Positions 1 through 9,052 of a stretch of 25,343 nt of DNA are shown one piece after another; the first letter of the stretch is position 1, and each line of letters opens with the position of its first letter. A model generated the notes under the pieces. That model was not told the DNA's origin and made no database searches. It worked only from the letters and a program-made list of their open reading frames with translations. A program made the position numbers and the translations under genes. The stretch spans positions 1 to 25,343 of the forward strand of contig JAGFXN010000006.1 in NCBI GenBank assembly GCA_017861215.1, written 5' to 3'. This DNA is from Deltaproteobacteria bacterium. GTDB taxonomy: Bacteria; Desulfobacterota; Desulfuromonadia; Geobacterales; DSM-12255.

Positions 1-418
1 GCACTTCAAGCCCGAGGAAAATGGTCATCAGGTCGGTGCCTGCGGCCATCAGCATCATACCGACCGTGGCAAAGAGAATCAGCGGGTAAATTTCGCCCTG
101 ATTGCACCCTTCGCGGACAATATATCTGTCGGTGATCAGAATGCTCATTGCGGCAGAGATCAGGAAAATAACCTTGAAGAATATGGCAAAGTTGTCTTGG
201 ACAATCGTACCGCTGAATCCTTCAAGCGGGTAACCCCATCCTGATACCAGAGAAAAGAGAGTGACGATTATCCCGGCAATGCTGAGGTAACCGAGATACG
301 CCGTGCTCTCCCCCTTTACAAAGACGTTGATCAATAGAAGTGCCATCGCAAAGAGTGAAAGTATCACCTCAGGCGCTATCACAGCCATGTTTATCGCTGG
401 AATAACAATTGTTTCCAT
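1..418 (-). CDS. nuoN: NADH-quinone oxidoreductase subunit N (5' part; runs off the window edge)
   Basis: Not in the ORF track; translated by hand from ATG at 418 (SD GGAGG upstream): METIVIPAINMAVIAPEVILSLFAMALLLINVF...QGEIYPLILFATVGMMLMAAGTDLMTIFLGLEV, a typical NuoN N-terminus, directly downstream of nuoM. Confidence 0.95.
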   Translation of the reverse strand, partial: METIVIPAINMAVIAPEVILSLFAMALLLINVFVKGESTAYLGYLSIAGIIVTLFSLVSGWGYPLEGFSGTIVQDNFAIFFKVIFLISAAMSILITDRYIVREGCNQGEIYPLILFATVGMMLMAAGTDLMTIFLGLEV

Positions 419-462
419 CTATTTCCTCCGGTATCTTTTTAGCGGATATTATCTAATAACTG

Positions 463-540
463 TTACTGCGGATGACCGGCAGGCATCGCTGGATGGCCGG
501 CAGGCATTCCTTCAGGCATCGGCTGGTGTCCGGCGGGCAG
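463..540 (-). repeat. Intragenic (M/L)PAGH repeats at the NuoM C-terminus
   Basis: LPAGHQ-PMPEG-MPAGHP-A-MPAGHPQ; near-identical DNA units GGATG(A/G)CCGGCAGGCAT 21 nt apart on the + strand. Confidence 0.85.
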
Positions 541-2079
541 CCCGCCTTGCGGCAGCACCGGCATTGCCTGCGGTTGAACAGCGGTAACCGGCTGGGCAAG
601 CCTGGTCTGCTGAATGATTTTATCAAGTGCCGGGGCCATTGTTCTGGTAAAAGGTGTCGGGTAAAGCCCCATGAAGAAAATCATAAAGACCAGTGGAGCC
701 ATAATGGCTATTTCTCGTGCATCAAGATCCAGAAGCTTCTGGTTCTTCGGGTTGTCTAGCTTGCCGAACATTACGCGCTGGAACATCCAGAGCATGTAGA
801 CGGCAGAAAGGATAACCCCGCTGGAGGCGATGATTGCATACCAGCGCAGGTTGCTTTCAAAAGCGCCGATCAGAACCAGGAATTCACCGACAAAGCCGTT
901 CGTTCCCGGAAGTCCGATGGACGAGAAGGTAACAATCATGAAAATAGTAGCAAAGATCGGCATCTGCTTCGAAAGGCCGCCGAAGTCGGTAATGAGACGT
1001 GTATGCCGGCGTTCATAAATGAAACCGACGATAAGGAAGAGTGCGCCGGTGGATACACCGTGATTCAGCATCTGCAGCATGCCGCCCTGCAGGCCCATTT
1101 GATTGAGGGAGAATACCCCGAGCATGACGAAACCGAGGTGGGCTACTGATGAGTAGGCAACCAGCTTCTTCACATCCTCCTGCACCATAGCAACCAGTGA
1201 TGCGTAGATAATGCCGATTACCGAGAGGGTGGCGATCAACGGGGTAAACTTCTCGACGGCATTCGGGAAGAGCGGCATGGCAAAACGAACATAACCGTAG
1301 GTACCCATTTTGAGGAGGACAGCGGCAAGTATTACCGAACCGGCTGTAGGAGCTTCTGTATGGGCATCCGGCAACCAGGTGTGCAGCGGAAACATCGGCA
1401 CCTTGATGGCAAAGGCAAGGGCAAAGGCCAGAAACATCCAGGTCTGGGTAGTCGGGTCAAGGTTCATGCCGAAGAAATTAAGGAGACTGAAATCCGTAAC
1501 TCCCATACTCAGCCCCTTGAAGTAGAGGACGATCAGGGCAACAAGCATGAGCAGCGAGCCGACCATGGTGTAGATGAAGAACTTGACTGCAGCGTAAATC
1601 CGGTTCTTGCCGCCCCAGATGCCGATGATGAAGTACATCGGGATCAGCATGACTTCCCAGAAGATGTAGAAGAGAAAAAGGTCAATCGATATGAACGCGC
1701 CGATCATGCCGACCTGGAGCAGAAGCAGGCAGGCCATGTACCCTTTCACCTTTTCTTCCACAGCTTTCCAGGTGGAGAGCACGGCAATCGGCATGATGAA
1801 CGTGGTAAGCATTACCAGCCAGAGGCTGATGCCGTCAATACCGACATGATAGTTCATCCGGAACGGACCTGCCTGTATCCAGGGCATGTTCAGAACAAAC
1901 TGATAGTCGGCATTGGTAACGAAGCCGGTAACCAGCGGCAGCGACACAAGGAAAGTAAGGATTGTCACTGCAAGGGTGAACCCTCTCAACAGTCCATGAT
2001 TCTCGCCGGGGATGAACAACAGCACGAGTACCCCCGCGAGAGGGAGAAAGGTTATCAGGCTGAGAATAACTTCATTCAT
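463..2079 (-). CDS. nuoM: NADH-quinone oxidoreductase subunit M
   Basis: 538 aa multi-TM antiporter-like subunit with FYIFWEVMLIPMY, AFAIKVPMFPLHTWLPDAHTEAPTAGS and LLKMGTYG motifs; located between nuoL and nuoN. Confidence 0.97.
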   Translation of the reverse strand: MNEVILSLITFLPLAGVLVLLFIPGENHGLLRGFTLAVTILTFLVSLPLVTGFVTNADYQFVLNMPWIQAGPFRMNYHVGIDGISLWLVMLTTFIMPIAVLSTWKAVEEKVKGYMACLLLLQVGMIGAFISIDLFLFYIFWEVMLIPMYFIIGIWGGKNRIYAAVKFFIYTMVGSLLMLVALIVLYFKGLSMGVTDFSLLNFFGMNLDPTTQTWMFLAFALAFAIKVPMFPLHTWLPDAHTEAPTAGSVILAAVLLKMGTYGYVRFAMPLFPNAVEKFTPLIATLSVIGIIYASLVAMVQEDVKKLVAYSSVAHLGFVMLGVFSLNQMGLQGGMLQMLNHGVSTGALFLIVGFIYERRHTRLITDFGGLSKQMPIFATIFMIVTFSSIGLPGTNGFVGEFLVLIGAFESNLRWYAIIASSGVILSAVYMLWMFQRVMFGKLDNPKNQKLLDLDAREIAIMAPLVFMIFFMGLYPTPFTRTMAPALDKIIQQTRLAQPVTAVQPQAMPVLPQGGLPAGHQPMPEGMPAGHPAMPAGHPQ

Positions 2080-2117
2080 TGAATCTGCTCCTTTATTATC
2101 TCAACAGTCAAAGTCTC

Positions 2118-4112
2118 TTAACGGAACACATAAAAAGCTAGGATCGCTACTACGCCAAGTGCCATCCCCATAGCATAGTTATGCACATAGCCGGACTGAA
2201 GTCCCTTTAGTGCGGCGGCAAAACCCATCACCAGCTTCGCGGTTCCGTTGACAACTCCGTCAACAATCACTACGTCAAACCCTTTCCAGAGAAGATTGCC
2301 GAACGCTTTGCAAGGGTTAACGAAGATAAAATCGTACAGTTCGTCGATGTACCATTTGTTAAAGACGAATCTGTACAGTGTCGGGAACGTTGCGGTGAAC
2401 TTCTCCGGAAGACTCCTGTTGGCCATATACATGGTAAATGCAATGGAAATACCGATGAGGGCAATGACTACCGAGCCGGCCATCAGCCCGAACTCAAGCG
2501 CATGGGAATGATGTGCGCCAGTGTGAGCATATTGTTTGCCATATTCGTTCGCAAGTTCAAAGACAGGATCAAGCCAGTGCTCGAAATAGTTGGGCAGCAT
2601 ACCCAGCAGTTTCGGCATGCCGATATAGCCGCCGACCACTGCGAGCAAGCCAAGTACCATTAGCGGGATGGTAATTACCAGCGGTGACTCGTGGAGATAC
2701 TCCTTGACCTTCGGGTTGATCCGGCACTCACCGAAGAAGGTCATGAATACCAGCCGGAACATGTAGAACGCCGTAAAGCATGCGGCAACACAGCCGACAC
2801 CCCAAAGGACTATATTCACTCCGCCGTGATACGGGTTGGCAAATGCCTGCCAGAGAATCTCGTCCTTGGAGAAGAAGCCGGAGAAACCGGGGATACCGGC
2901 AATGGCTATGGTAGACACAAGGAAAGTAATGAAGGTAATCGGCAGCGCCTTACGCAGGCCCCCCATATTGCGCATGTCCTGCGCATCGTCATGGAGGTGC
3001 CCTTTATGCAGGGCATGGTGCATGGCATGGATGACCGAACCGGACCCGAGGAACAGGCAGGCCTTGAAGAAAGCGTGGGTCATCAGGTGGAAGATACCGG
3101 CACCGAAAGCTCCGACCCCCATTGCCAGAAACATGAACCCCAACTGGGAAACGGTCGAGTATGCCAGAACTCTCTTGATATCATTCTGGGCGGTACCGAT
3201 GGTAGCAGCAAAGATCGCTGTAGCTGCGCCGACTACAGCAACCACCAGCATTGTCTCCGGAGCCTTGATGAAGACGAAACTCATTCTGCCGATCATGTAC
3301 ACACCGGCGGTAACCATGGTGGCGGCATGGATGAGTGCCGATACCGGTGTCGGACCTTCCATCGCGTCAGGCAGCCAGGTAAAGAGTGGAATCTGGGCTG
3401 ATTTACCGGTAGCACCGACAAAGAAGCAGAGCGTAGCGATAGTGACGATGCCACCATAAGGGAGGAGGTGGGAGGCTGCCTTAATTTCAACGAAATTGAC
3501 TGTCCAGATATTGTGATTACTGCCAAGCCACCAGTACAGCAGAAAAAGCCCGAGGAGAAAGCCGAAGTCACCGACCCTGTTCATGACGAAGGCTTTCTTG
3601 GCAGCATCGCCGGCCGACTTCTTCTCAAAGTAATAACCGATCAGCAGGTAGGAACAGAGACCAACTCCCTCCCAGCCGATGAACATGACAAGCATGTTGG
3701 CGCCGAGTACAAGGAGAAGCATCGACATGCAGAAAAGATTCAGGTAGGCGAAGAATCGGTAAAACCCCTCTTCGCCATGCATGTAGCCGATTGAGTAGAG
3801 GTGGATGAGCGTACCGACTCCGGTAACTACCATAATCATGACAGCGGATAAAGGGTCCACCAGAAAAGCCATGTCAGCCTTGAAACTGCCGGCCTGGATC
3901 CAGGTGTATACCACCTTCTCGAATACCCTCTGTTCGGCGGGCATACCGACCAACTGCATCAGGATTCCACAGGAGACGAGAAACGACAGGAATATCATCA
4001 GCGTGCCGAGGCCGCCGATAACCGTCTCGTTCTTGATCTTCTTGCCGAATAAGCCGTTGATCAGAAAGCCGATCAGTGGAAAGAGTGGTATGAGCCATAC
4101 ATTGTCAAGCAT
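2118..4112 (-). CDS. nuoL: NADH-quinone oxidoreductase subunit L
   Basis: 664 aa; FIGWEGVGLCSYLLIG, NRVGDFG, GKSAQIPLFTWLPDAMEGPTPVSALIHAATMVTAG and C-terminal KWYIDELY lateral-helix region. Confidence 0.98.
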   Translation of the reverse strand: MLDNVWLIPLFPLIGFLINGLFGKKIKNETVIGGLGTLMIFLSFLVSCGILMQLVGMPAEQRVFEKVVYTWIQAGSFKADMAFLVDPLSAVMIMVVTGVGTLIHLYSIGYMHGEEGFYRFFAYLNLFCMSMLLLVLGANMLVMFIGWEGVGLCSYLLIGYYFEKKSAGDAAKKAFVMNRVGDFGFLLGLFLLYWWLGSNHNIWTVNFVEIKAASHLLPYGGIVTIATLCFFVGATGKSAQIPLFTWLPDAMEGPTPVSALIHAATMVTAGVYMIGRMSFVFIKAPETMLVVAVVGAATAIFAATIGTAQNDIKRVLAYSTVSQLGFMFLAMGVGAFGAGIFHLMTHAFFKACLFLGSGSVIHAMHHALHKGHLHDDAQDMRNMGGLRKALPITFITFLVSTIAIAGIPGFSGFFSKDEILWQAFANPYHGGVNIVLWGVGCVAACFTAFYMFRLVFMTFFGECRINPKVKEYLHESPLVITIPLMVLGLLAVVGGYIGMPKLLGMLPNYFEHWLDPVFELANEYGKQYAHTGAHHSHALEFGLMAGSVVIALIGISIAFTMYMANRSLPEKFTATFPTLYRFVFNKWYIDELYDFIFVNPCKAFGNLLWKGFDVVIVDGVVNGTAKLVMGFAAALKGLQSGYVHNYAMGMALGVVAILAFYVFR

Positions 4113-4157
4113 TACGGACTCCTTGAGTAAAATGATTCTTTTGCAGCACTGCCCTGA

Positions 4158-4460
4158 CTACCACTTCAGCATGTTCATGTCTTCAACATCGTTTGATTCG
4201 CGGTTCTTGTAAAAGGCAATCATCAACGCCAGACCGACAGCAGCCTCGGCAGCCGCAACAGTCATTATGAAGAAGACAAAAACCTGTCCGTCGAGATTCC
4301 CCAGGAACCTTGAAAAGGCGATAAAAGTGAGATTGACCGCATTCAGCATCAATTCAACACACATGAAGATGACGATGGCATTCCTGCGAGTAAGAACACC
4401 GATCATGCCGATAGCAAACAGAATTGCGCTTAAGATGAGGTAGCCGTTAAGTGAAACCAT
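4158..4460 (-). CDS. nuoK: NADH-quinone oxidoreductase subunit K
   Basis: 100 aa, 3 TM; [20 protein letters not shown] and [11 protein letters not shown]. Confidence 0.98.
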   Translation of the reverse strand: MVSLNGYLILSAILFAIGMIGVLTRRNAIVIFMCVELMLNAVNLTFIAFSRFLGNLDGQVFVFFIMTVAAAEAAVGLALMIAFYKNRESNDVEDMNMLKW

Positions 4461-4478
4461 GTCTATATCTCCTGACTG

Positions 4479-4982
4479 CTACAGTTTTTTCTTGGAGAGA
4501 ATAACTGCGCCAATAATTGCTACCAGCAACAGCACCGAGGTAATCTCGAACGGAAGAAGAAACTCGGTATAAAGAGACTTGCCGATAAGCTCGGTATGTC
4601 CGACTTTAGCGATCAAAGCGGAGTCAACAACACCTTTCGTGCCGGTAAGGGAACTTCTCCAGAGCAGATACCAGGTCTGAATGAGCAGCAGGACTCCGGT
4701 CATAACACCGAGGAAAAGAGCATGGTTAGTCCTTCCGCCTGACTCGCTCTTGAGATTAAGGAGCATGATGACGAAGACAATCAGAACCATTATGGCGCCG
4801 GCATAGACTATGATCTGAATGGCAGCCATGAAATGAGCTTCAAGCATGACATAAAGGGTGGCAAGACAGAAGAAAGTCATGATTAGCGACAGGGCGCTGT
4901 TAATCGGGTTCTTGTTGGTTATCACCAGTATGCTGGAGATGATGGCGATTGCAGCCACAAGGCTGAAAAACAAGGTTTCCAT
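4479..4982 (-). CDS. nuoJ: NADH-quinone oxidoreductase subunit J
   Basis: 167 aa; NPINSAL, QIIVYAGAIMVLIVFVIMLL, LLPFEITSVLLLVAIIGA. Confidence 0.97.
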   Translation of the reverse strand: METLFFSLVAAIAIISSILVITNKNPINSALSLIMTFFCLATLYVMLEAHFMAAIQIIVYAGAIMVLIVFVIMLLNLKSESGGRTNHALFLGVMTGVLLLIQTWYLLWRSSLTGTKGVVDSALIAKVGHTELIGKSLYTEFLLPFEITSVLLLVAIIGAVILSKKKL

Positions 4983-4992
4983 TGCTGCTCCT

Positions 4993-5391
4993 TTATTTCT
5001 TTTCTAGCAGTCTTTCTTTATTAAATACAAAATCGGAACGCTGGTAACTGGCAAGTTCAAAGGTCTGAGTCATGCCGATAGCATCAACCGGACAAGCTTC
5101 TACGCAGTAACCGCAAAAGATGCAGCGGAGCATGTCGATTTCGTACCTGGCGGCAAACTTGTCATGGTTTGCGTCCTCGCCGGCTTCAACCGTGATACAC
5201 TTTGCCGGACAGACAGTCGGGCATAGGTAGCAGGCGACACATTTGGCGCTGTTGTGCGAAACCTTCAGCGTGTGAAGTCCGCGAAAATTCGGTGCAACCA
5301 CCGGCCTCTCTTCCGGGTACTGGAGAGTAATCGGTTTCTTGAAGAGATGTTGCAGTGTTATCAGCAGACCTTTAATAAGGGGTACAATCAT
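4993..5391 (-). CDS. nuoI: NADH-quinone oxidoreductase subunit I (2x[4Fe-4S])
   Basis: 132 aa; TLQYPEE, CVACYLCPTVCP and CIFCGYCVEACP. Confidence 0.97.
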   Translation of the reverse strand: MIVPLIKGLLITLQHLFKKPITLQYPEERPVVAPNFRGLHTLKVSHNSAKCVACYLCPTVCPAKCITVEAGEDANHDKFAARYEIDMLRCIFCGYCVEACPVDAIGMTQTFELASYQRSDFVFNKERLLEKK

Positions 5392-5434
5392 TTGCGTATC
5401 CTCTCCACAGATTCAGTCGGGGACTTAATGTATA

Positions 5435-6481
5435 CTACTTCTGAAAAAGCGTGATCCAGAATGCATTCCCCATGATAAGAAACAGGGTCAGCGGCAAAAA
5501 GACCTTCCAGCCAAGCTTCATCAGCTGGTCGTAGCGGTAGCGTGGGTATGTTGCCCGTATCCAGATACAAATGAACATGAGAACATAGACCTTGGCAATG
5601 AAGTTGAGAACAGAAGGCAACGGCCCGTGCCAGCCGCCCAGAAAAAGGGTTGTTGTTACGGCACAGACTGTCACCATATTGGCATACTCTGCCATGAAAA
5701 ACATGGCGTACTTCATGCTCGAATACTCGGTGCAGAAGCCGGAAACAAGTTCTGTCTCCGCTTCAGGGAGGTCGAACGGTGTCCGGTTGATTTCAGCCAG
5801 TGAACAGATGAAGAATAGTATCCCGGCAACGAACAGGAACGGATTGCGGAAGATATACCAGCCGAAAAGTCCCGCCTGGTCGGCAACTATCGCCTGCAGG
5901 GAAAGCGACTGGGAGACCATGAAGACGCAGACTATCGCCAGCCCGGCAGCAAGTTCGTAGGAAATCATCTGGGCAGAGGCGCGCAGGCCACCAAGCAGGG
6001 AGTATTTGCTGTTTGACGACCATCCGGCCAGAACAATGCCGTATACGCCGAGAGAAGCCATGGCCAGGATATAAAGAACACCGATATTGAGGTCAAAGAC
6101 TGTCCCGGTCTGGTCAGCGTAGGCAGCTATCTGCAGAGGCACCTTGTACCCCATCACTTCGATGGTATCCCCGAAAGGGATGACAGCAAAGGAAATGAAA
6201 GCCGTAATCAGGGCGACGAGCGGTGCCAGAACAAAAGCGAACTTGCTCGCCTCCGCCGGGATGATCTCCTCCTTGAAGAAGAGCTTCAGTCCGTCGGCAA
6301 TCGGCTGCAGAAGCCCGATAGGGCCGGTTCTGTTCGGTCCGATCCGCACCTGCATATGACCGATGATCTTCCGCTCGGCGTAGGTGGCATAGGCAACGGT
6401 AAGCAGAACGAAAACAAATGCCACAAGCACTTTTAGTATCATTGCTCCGTAGTATATGAGCGGTAGTCCTAATATTTCCAT
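5435..6481 (-). CDS. nuoH: NADH-quinone oxidoreductase subunit H
   Basis: 348 aa; ERKIIGHMQVRIGPNR, QPIADGLKLFFKE, RTPFDLPEAETELVSG, WIRATYPRYRYDQLM. Confidence 0.98.
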   Translation of the reverse strand: MEILGLPLIYYGAMILKVLVAFVFVLLTVAYATYAERKIIGHMQVRIGPNRTGPIGLLQPIADGLKLFFKEEIIPAEASKFAFVLAPLVALITAFISFAVIPFGDTIEVMGYKVPLQIAAYADQTGTVFDLNIGVLYILAMASLGVYGIVLAGWSSNSKYSLLGGLRASAQMISYELAAGLAIVCVFMVSQSLSLQAIVADQAGLFGWYIFRNPFLFVAGILFFICSLAEINRTPFDLPEAETELVSGFCTEYSSMKYAMFFMAEYANMVTVCAVTTTLFLGGWHGPLPSVLNFIAKVYVLMFICIWIRATYPRYRYDQLMKLGWKVFLPLTLFLIMGNAFWITLFQK

Positions 6482-6531
6482 GCTATCCTCTTCCCCTCTT
6501 CCAGAATGTTATATCTGTGACGAAGAATCTT

Positions 6532-9012
6532 CTATTTGCTGACTGTTACGTAGGTTACAGGAGACCCGGTTGCAATGTTGTTGATTGAGTTGCTGTCAAA
6601 GTGATACGGAGCAAAGACAACTCCTTCCGGCATACGGAGCCCGACTTTAACCGGCAGAGAAAGCTCACCGCTGGCAGATTTTACCTTTACCGTATCCCCT
6701 TCAGCAACACCCAGCCTGGCTGCATCCTTACGTCCCAGTTCGATGTATTGCTCAGGGCAGACCAACATCGGTCCCTCGCCAAAACGTGACATCGTCCCGC
6801 AGTGATAAAGAGCACTGCCGATTACAAGAGCGAATTTTCCCTGTTCCGCAGCAGGCGCAGACCCGGTAACCGCGACAAGTTTCGGTGCAATGTTAACAGG
6901 ATAGACGCTACCGTCATCGCCCAGGTTCTCGAATGTCAGACCTTCGTAACCAGATGTCGTGGCTGCAATCTCTTTAAGGAGTTCGGCGGCATCAGAAGAA
7001 ACGGCTGCACCTGAAAGTTTGCCTATCAGTCCGGCAAAGATTTCCCGGTCACTCCTTGACAGTCCAACAGCCTTGACAGCCTTTCTGATACGCTGCACGG
7101 CACGACCGGCGCTGGTGAAGGTGCCGCATTTTTCGGCAAACGACTTTACCGGCAGAACGACGTCAGCCATTTGGGCTGTTTCAGTCAGGAAAAGATCCTG
7201 GACAATAAGGAACGGCACAGCATCAAGGGCTTTTACGATCTTTGCCCTGTCAGGATAGGAGACAACAGGATTTTCACCGGCAACATACAGCAACTTGACC
7301 GCTCCGCTCATGCAGCCATCGATAATCGCCGCGGCGTCCCTGCCACCGGAGGTCGGGTGGATGCCCAGGTCGGCAGCCCCCTGACTGTTATTCTTCTCGG
7401 CAAGAATAAGGAGGCCGCAGCCCTCCTTGCCAACTTTACCGGTAAGAATAGCAAGGTTCGCCAGCGCCTGCGCCAGTGCCTTGCCATGACCCGGATAGGC
7501 AAGGCCGAGAGGCATAAGGATGAGAGCCTTGTCAGCCTTCGCATAGTCACGGGCAAGCTCTCTGATTGTCTCTGTAGGAATCCCTGTCGATTCTGAAGCA
7601 CTGTCGAGAGAAATTTCAGCAAGTGCCTTGTTGAGAGCTTCGAAGCCCTGTGCCGAGCTGTCCGCCAGGCCTTCGTCAACCAGTACCTTTGCAATGGCAT
7701 TGACAAGCGCAACTTCGCTGGCCGGCTTATGTACATAGGTCGTTGCGTCAGGAAGCTTTGACAGCTTGCCGCTCTTGTCAGAGATTATTCTTAAATCCAC
7801 CCCTTTACGCTTGACGCCGAGATTGATCTCGAAGCCGATAACAGGATGTGTTTCATAGGCATCGGTCTTGACAACAAGGAGCAGGTCAGTCTTCTGGATG
7901 TCAGCGATGACTGAAGGGGATGAGGTAATGCCGAAACTCTCTTTCATCCCTTGGGTAAGAGCTGCGTGAGCATAGCCGGCTGAATGGTCAATGCTGTCTG
8001 TGCCGACTGTACCCTTGAAGAGCTTTCTGAAAAGGAGCAGCTCCTCATTTGTTAGTCTCGGGGTCACGAGACCGGCAATGGCGGATGCATCGGCTGATTT
8101 TTGCTCCGCAAGTTTGGCAGCAATCAATGCAAGCGCTTCATCCCAGGCAGCAGGCACAAGCCCGCCATTTTTACGGATCAGAGGTGTTTGCAGACGCTTC
8201 TCGCTGTTAACAAACTGATAGGCAAAGCGGCCGCGGCCGCAGAGCTGGCCGTTGTGAAACCCCTGGTCCTCATCGTAGATAGTCGTCAGGACCTTGTCGT
8301 CCTTGACACCAAGAGTCAGCTGGCAGCCAGTTGCGCAGTACGAGCAGACAGACTTGACCTTTTTTAGCGCCCACCATCTGGCCTTGAACTTGAACGGCTT
8401 GGCAAGCAGCGCACCAACCGGGCAGACAGAAATGCAGGAGCCGCAGTATTCGCAGTCGAGCTTACCGTCAAAAGGTGTGCCGATTTTTGCCTCAATACCG
8501 CGGTTTACAAATGAGTAGGCTCCGAAGGAAACTATTTCATCACAAATACGCGCGCATTTGCCGCAGTGAATACAGCGGTTCTGATCACGCTCAATGAGTG
8601 GGTTGTCGTAGTCGATCTCCCAGCGAAACTTTTCGTCAGTGAAATCATTTCTATCAACTTTATATTCGTAGGTAAGGTTCTGTAGATCACAGTCTCCGGC
8701 AGCATCACAGACAGGACAATCAAGCGGATGCTTGAGCAGGAGCAGTTCAAGAACAAGTTTTCTGGCTTTGATAATCTCATCAGTGGTTGTACGGACAATC
8801 ATCCCCTCAGATACAGGAGTTGTACAAGCCGGGATAAGACGCCCTTTCATCTGCTCGACTTCAACCAGACACATACGACAACCGCCGAACGGATGCAGCT
8901 TCTTGTCATGGCAGAGTATCGGTATCCGAATGCCGGCAGCCTTGGCAGCATCGTATATCGTAGCATCTGGAGCTACGGCAACCTGTATGTCGTCTATAGT
9001 AAGATTAACCAT
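6532..9012 (-). CDS. nuoG: NADH-quinone oxidoreductase subunit G, long FdhA/HydA-like form
   Basis: Likely start is ATG 9012 (MVNLTIDD, GAGG-type SD upstream) rather than 9033. Motifs: CHDKKLHPFGGCRMC..C (2Fe-2S), HPLDCPVCDAAGDC, CIHCGKCARIC, CEYCGSCISVCP, CSYCATGC..C, plus a molybdopterin-oxidoreductase-type body and C-terminal domain. Sits between nuoF and nuoH. Confidence 0.93.
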   Translation of the reverse strand: MVNLTIDDIQVAVAPDATIYDAAKAAGIRIPILCHDKKLHPFGGCRMCLVEVEQMKGRLIPACTTPVSEGMIVRTTTDEIIKARKLVLELLLLKHPLDCPVCDAAGDCDLQNLTYEYKVDRNDFTDEKFRWEIDYDNPLIERDQNRCIHCGKCARICDEIVSFGAYSFVNRGIEAKIGTPFDGKLDCEYCGSCISVCPVGALLAKPFKFKARWWALKKVKSVCSYCATGCQLTLGVKDDKVLTTIYDEDQGFHNGQLCGRGRFAYQFVNSEKRLQTPLIRKNGGLVPAAWDEALALIAAKLAEQKSADASAIAGLVTPRLTNEELLLFRKLFKGTVGTDSIDHSAGYAHAALTQGMKESFGITSSPSVIADIQKTDLLLVVKTDAYETHPVIGFEINLGVKRKGVDLRIISDKSGKLSKLPDATTYVHKPASEVALVNAIAKVLVDEGLADSSAQGFEALNKALAEISLDSASESTGIPTETIRELARDYAKADKALILMPLGLAYPGHGKALAQALANLAILTGKVGKEGCGLLILAEKNNSQGAADLGIHPTSGGRDAAAIIDGCMSGAVKLLYVAGENPVVSYPDRAKIVKALDAVPFLIVQDLFLTETAQMADVVLPVKSFAEKCGTFTSAGRAVQRIRKAVKAVGLSRSDREIFAGLIGKLSGAAVSSDAAELLKEIAATTSGYEGLTFENLGDDGSVYPVNIAPKLVAVTGSAPAAEQGKFALVIGSALYHCGTMSRFGEGPMLVCPEQYIELGRKDAARLGVAEGDTVKVKSASGELSLPVKVGLRMPEGVVFAPYHFDSNSINNIATGSPVTYVTVSK

Positions 9013-9052
9013 CTCGACCTCTGTCTCCCTCAAAATTTCTCAGGTGAAGCTG

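Noticed and set aside
1360-3459. Plus-strand ORFs of 200-240 aa (1360..2082, 2691..3401, 2836..3459)
   Set aside because: They are antisense shadows of nuoM and nuoL.
6532-9012. Calling this gene a formate dehydrogenase alpha subunit
   Set aside because: It lacks the Cys/Sec-His Mo ligand motif, has no in-frame TGA, and sits at the nuoG position of a complete nuo operon.
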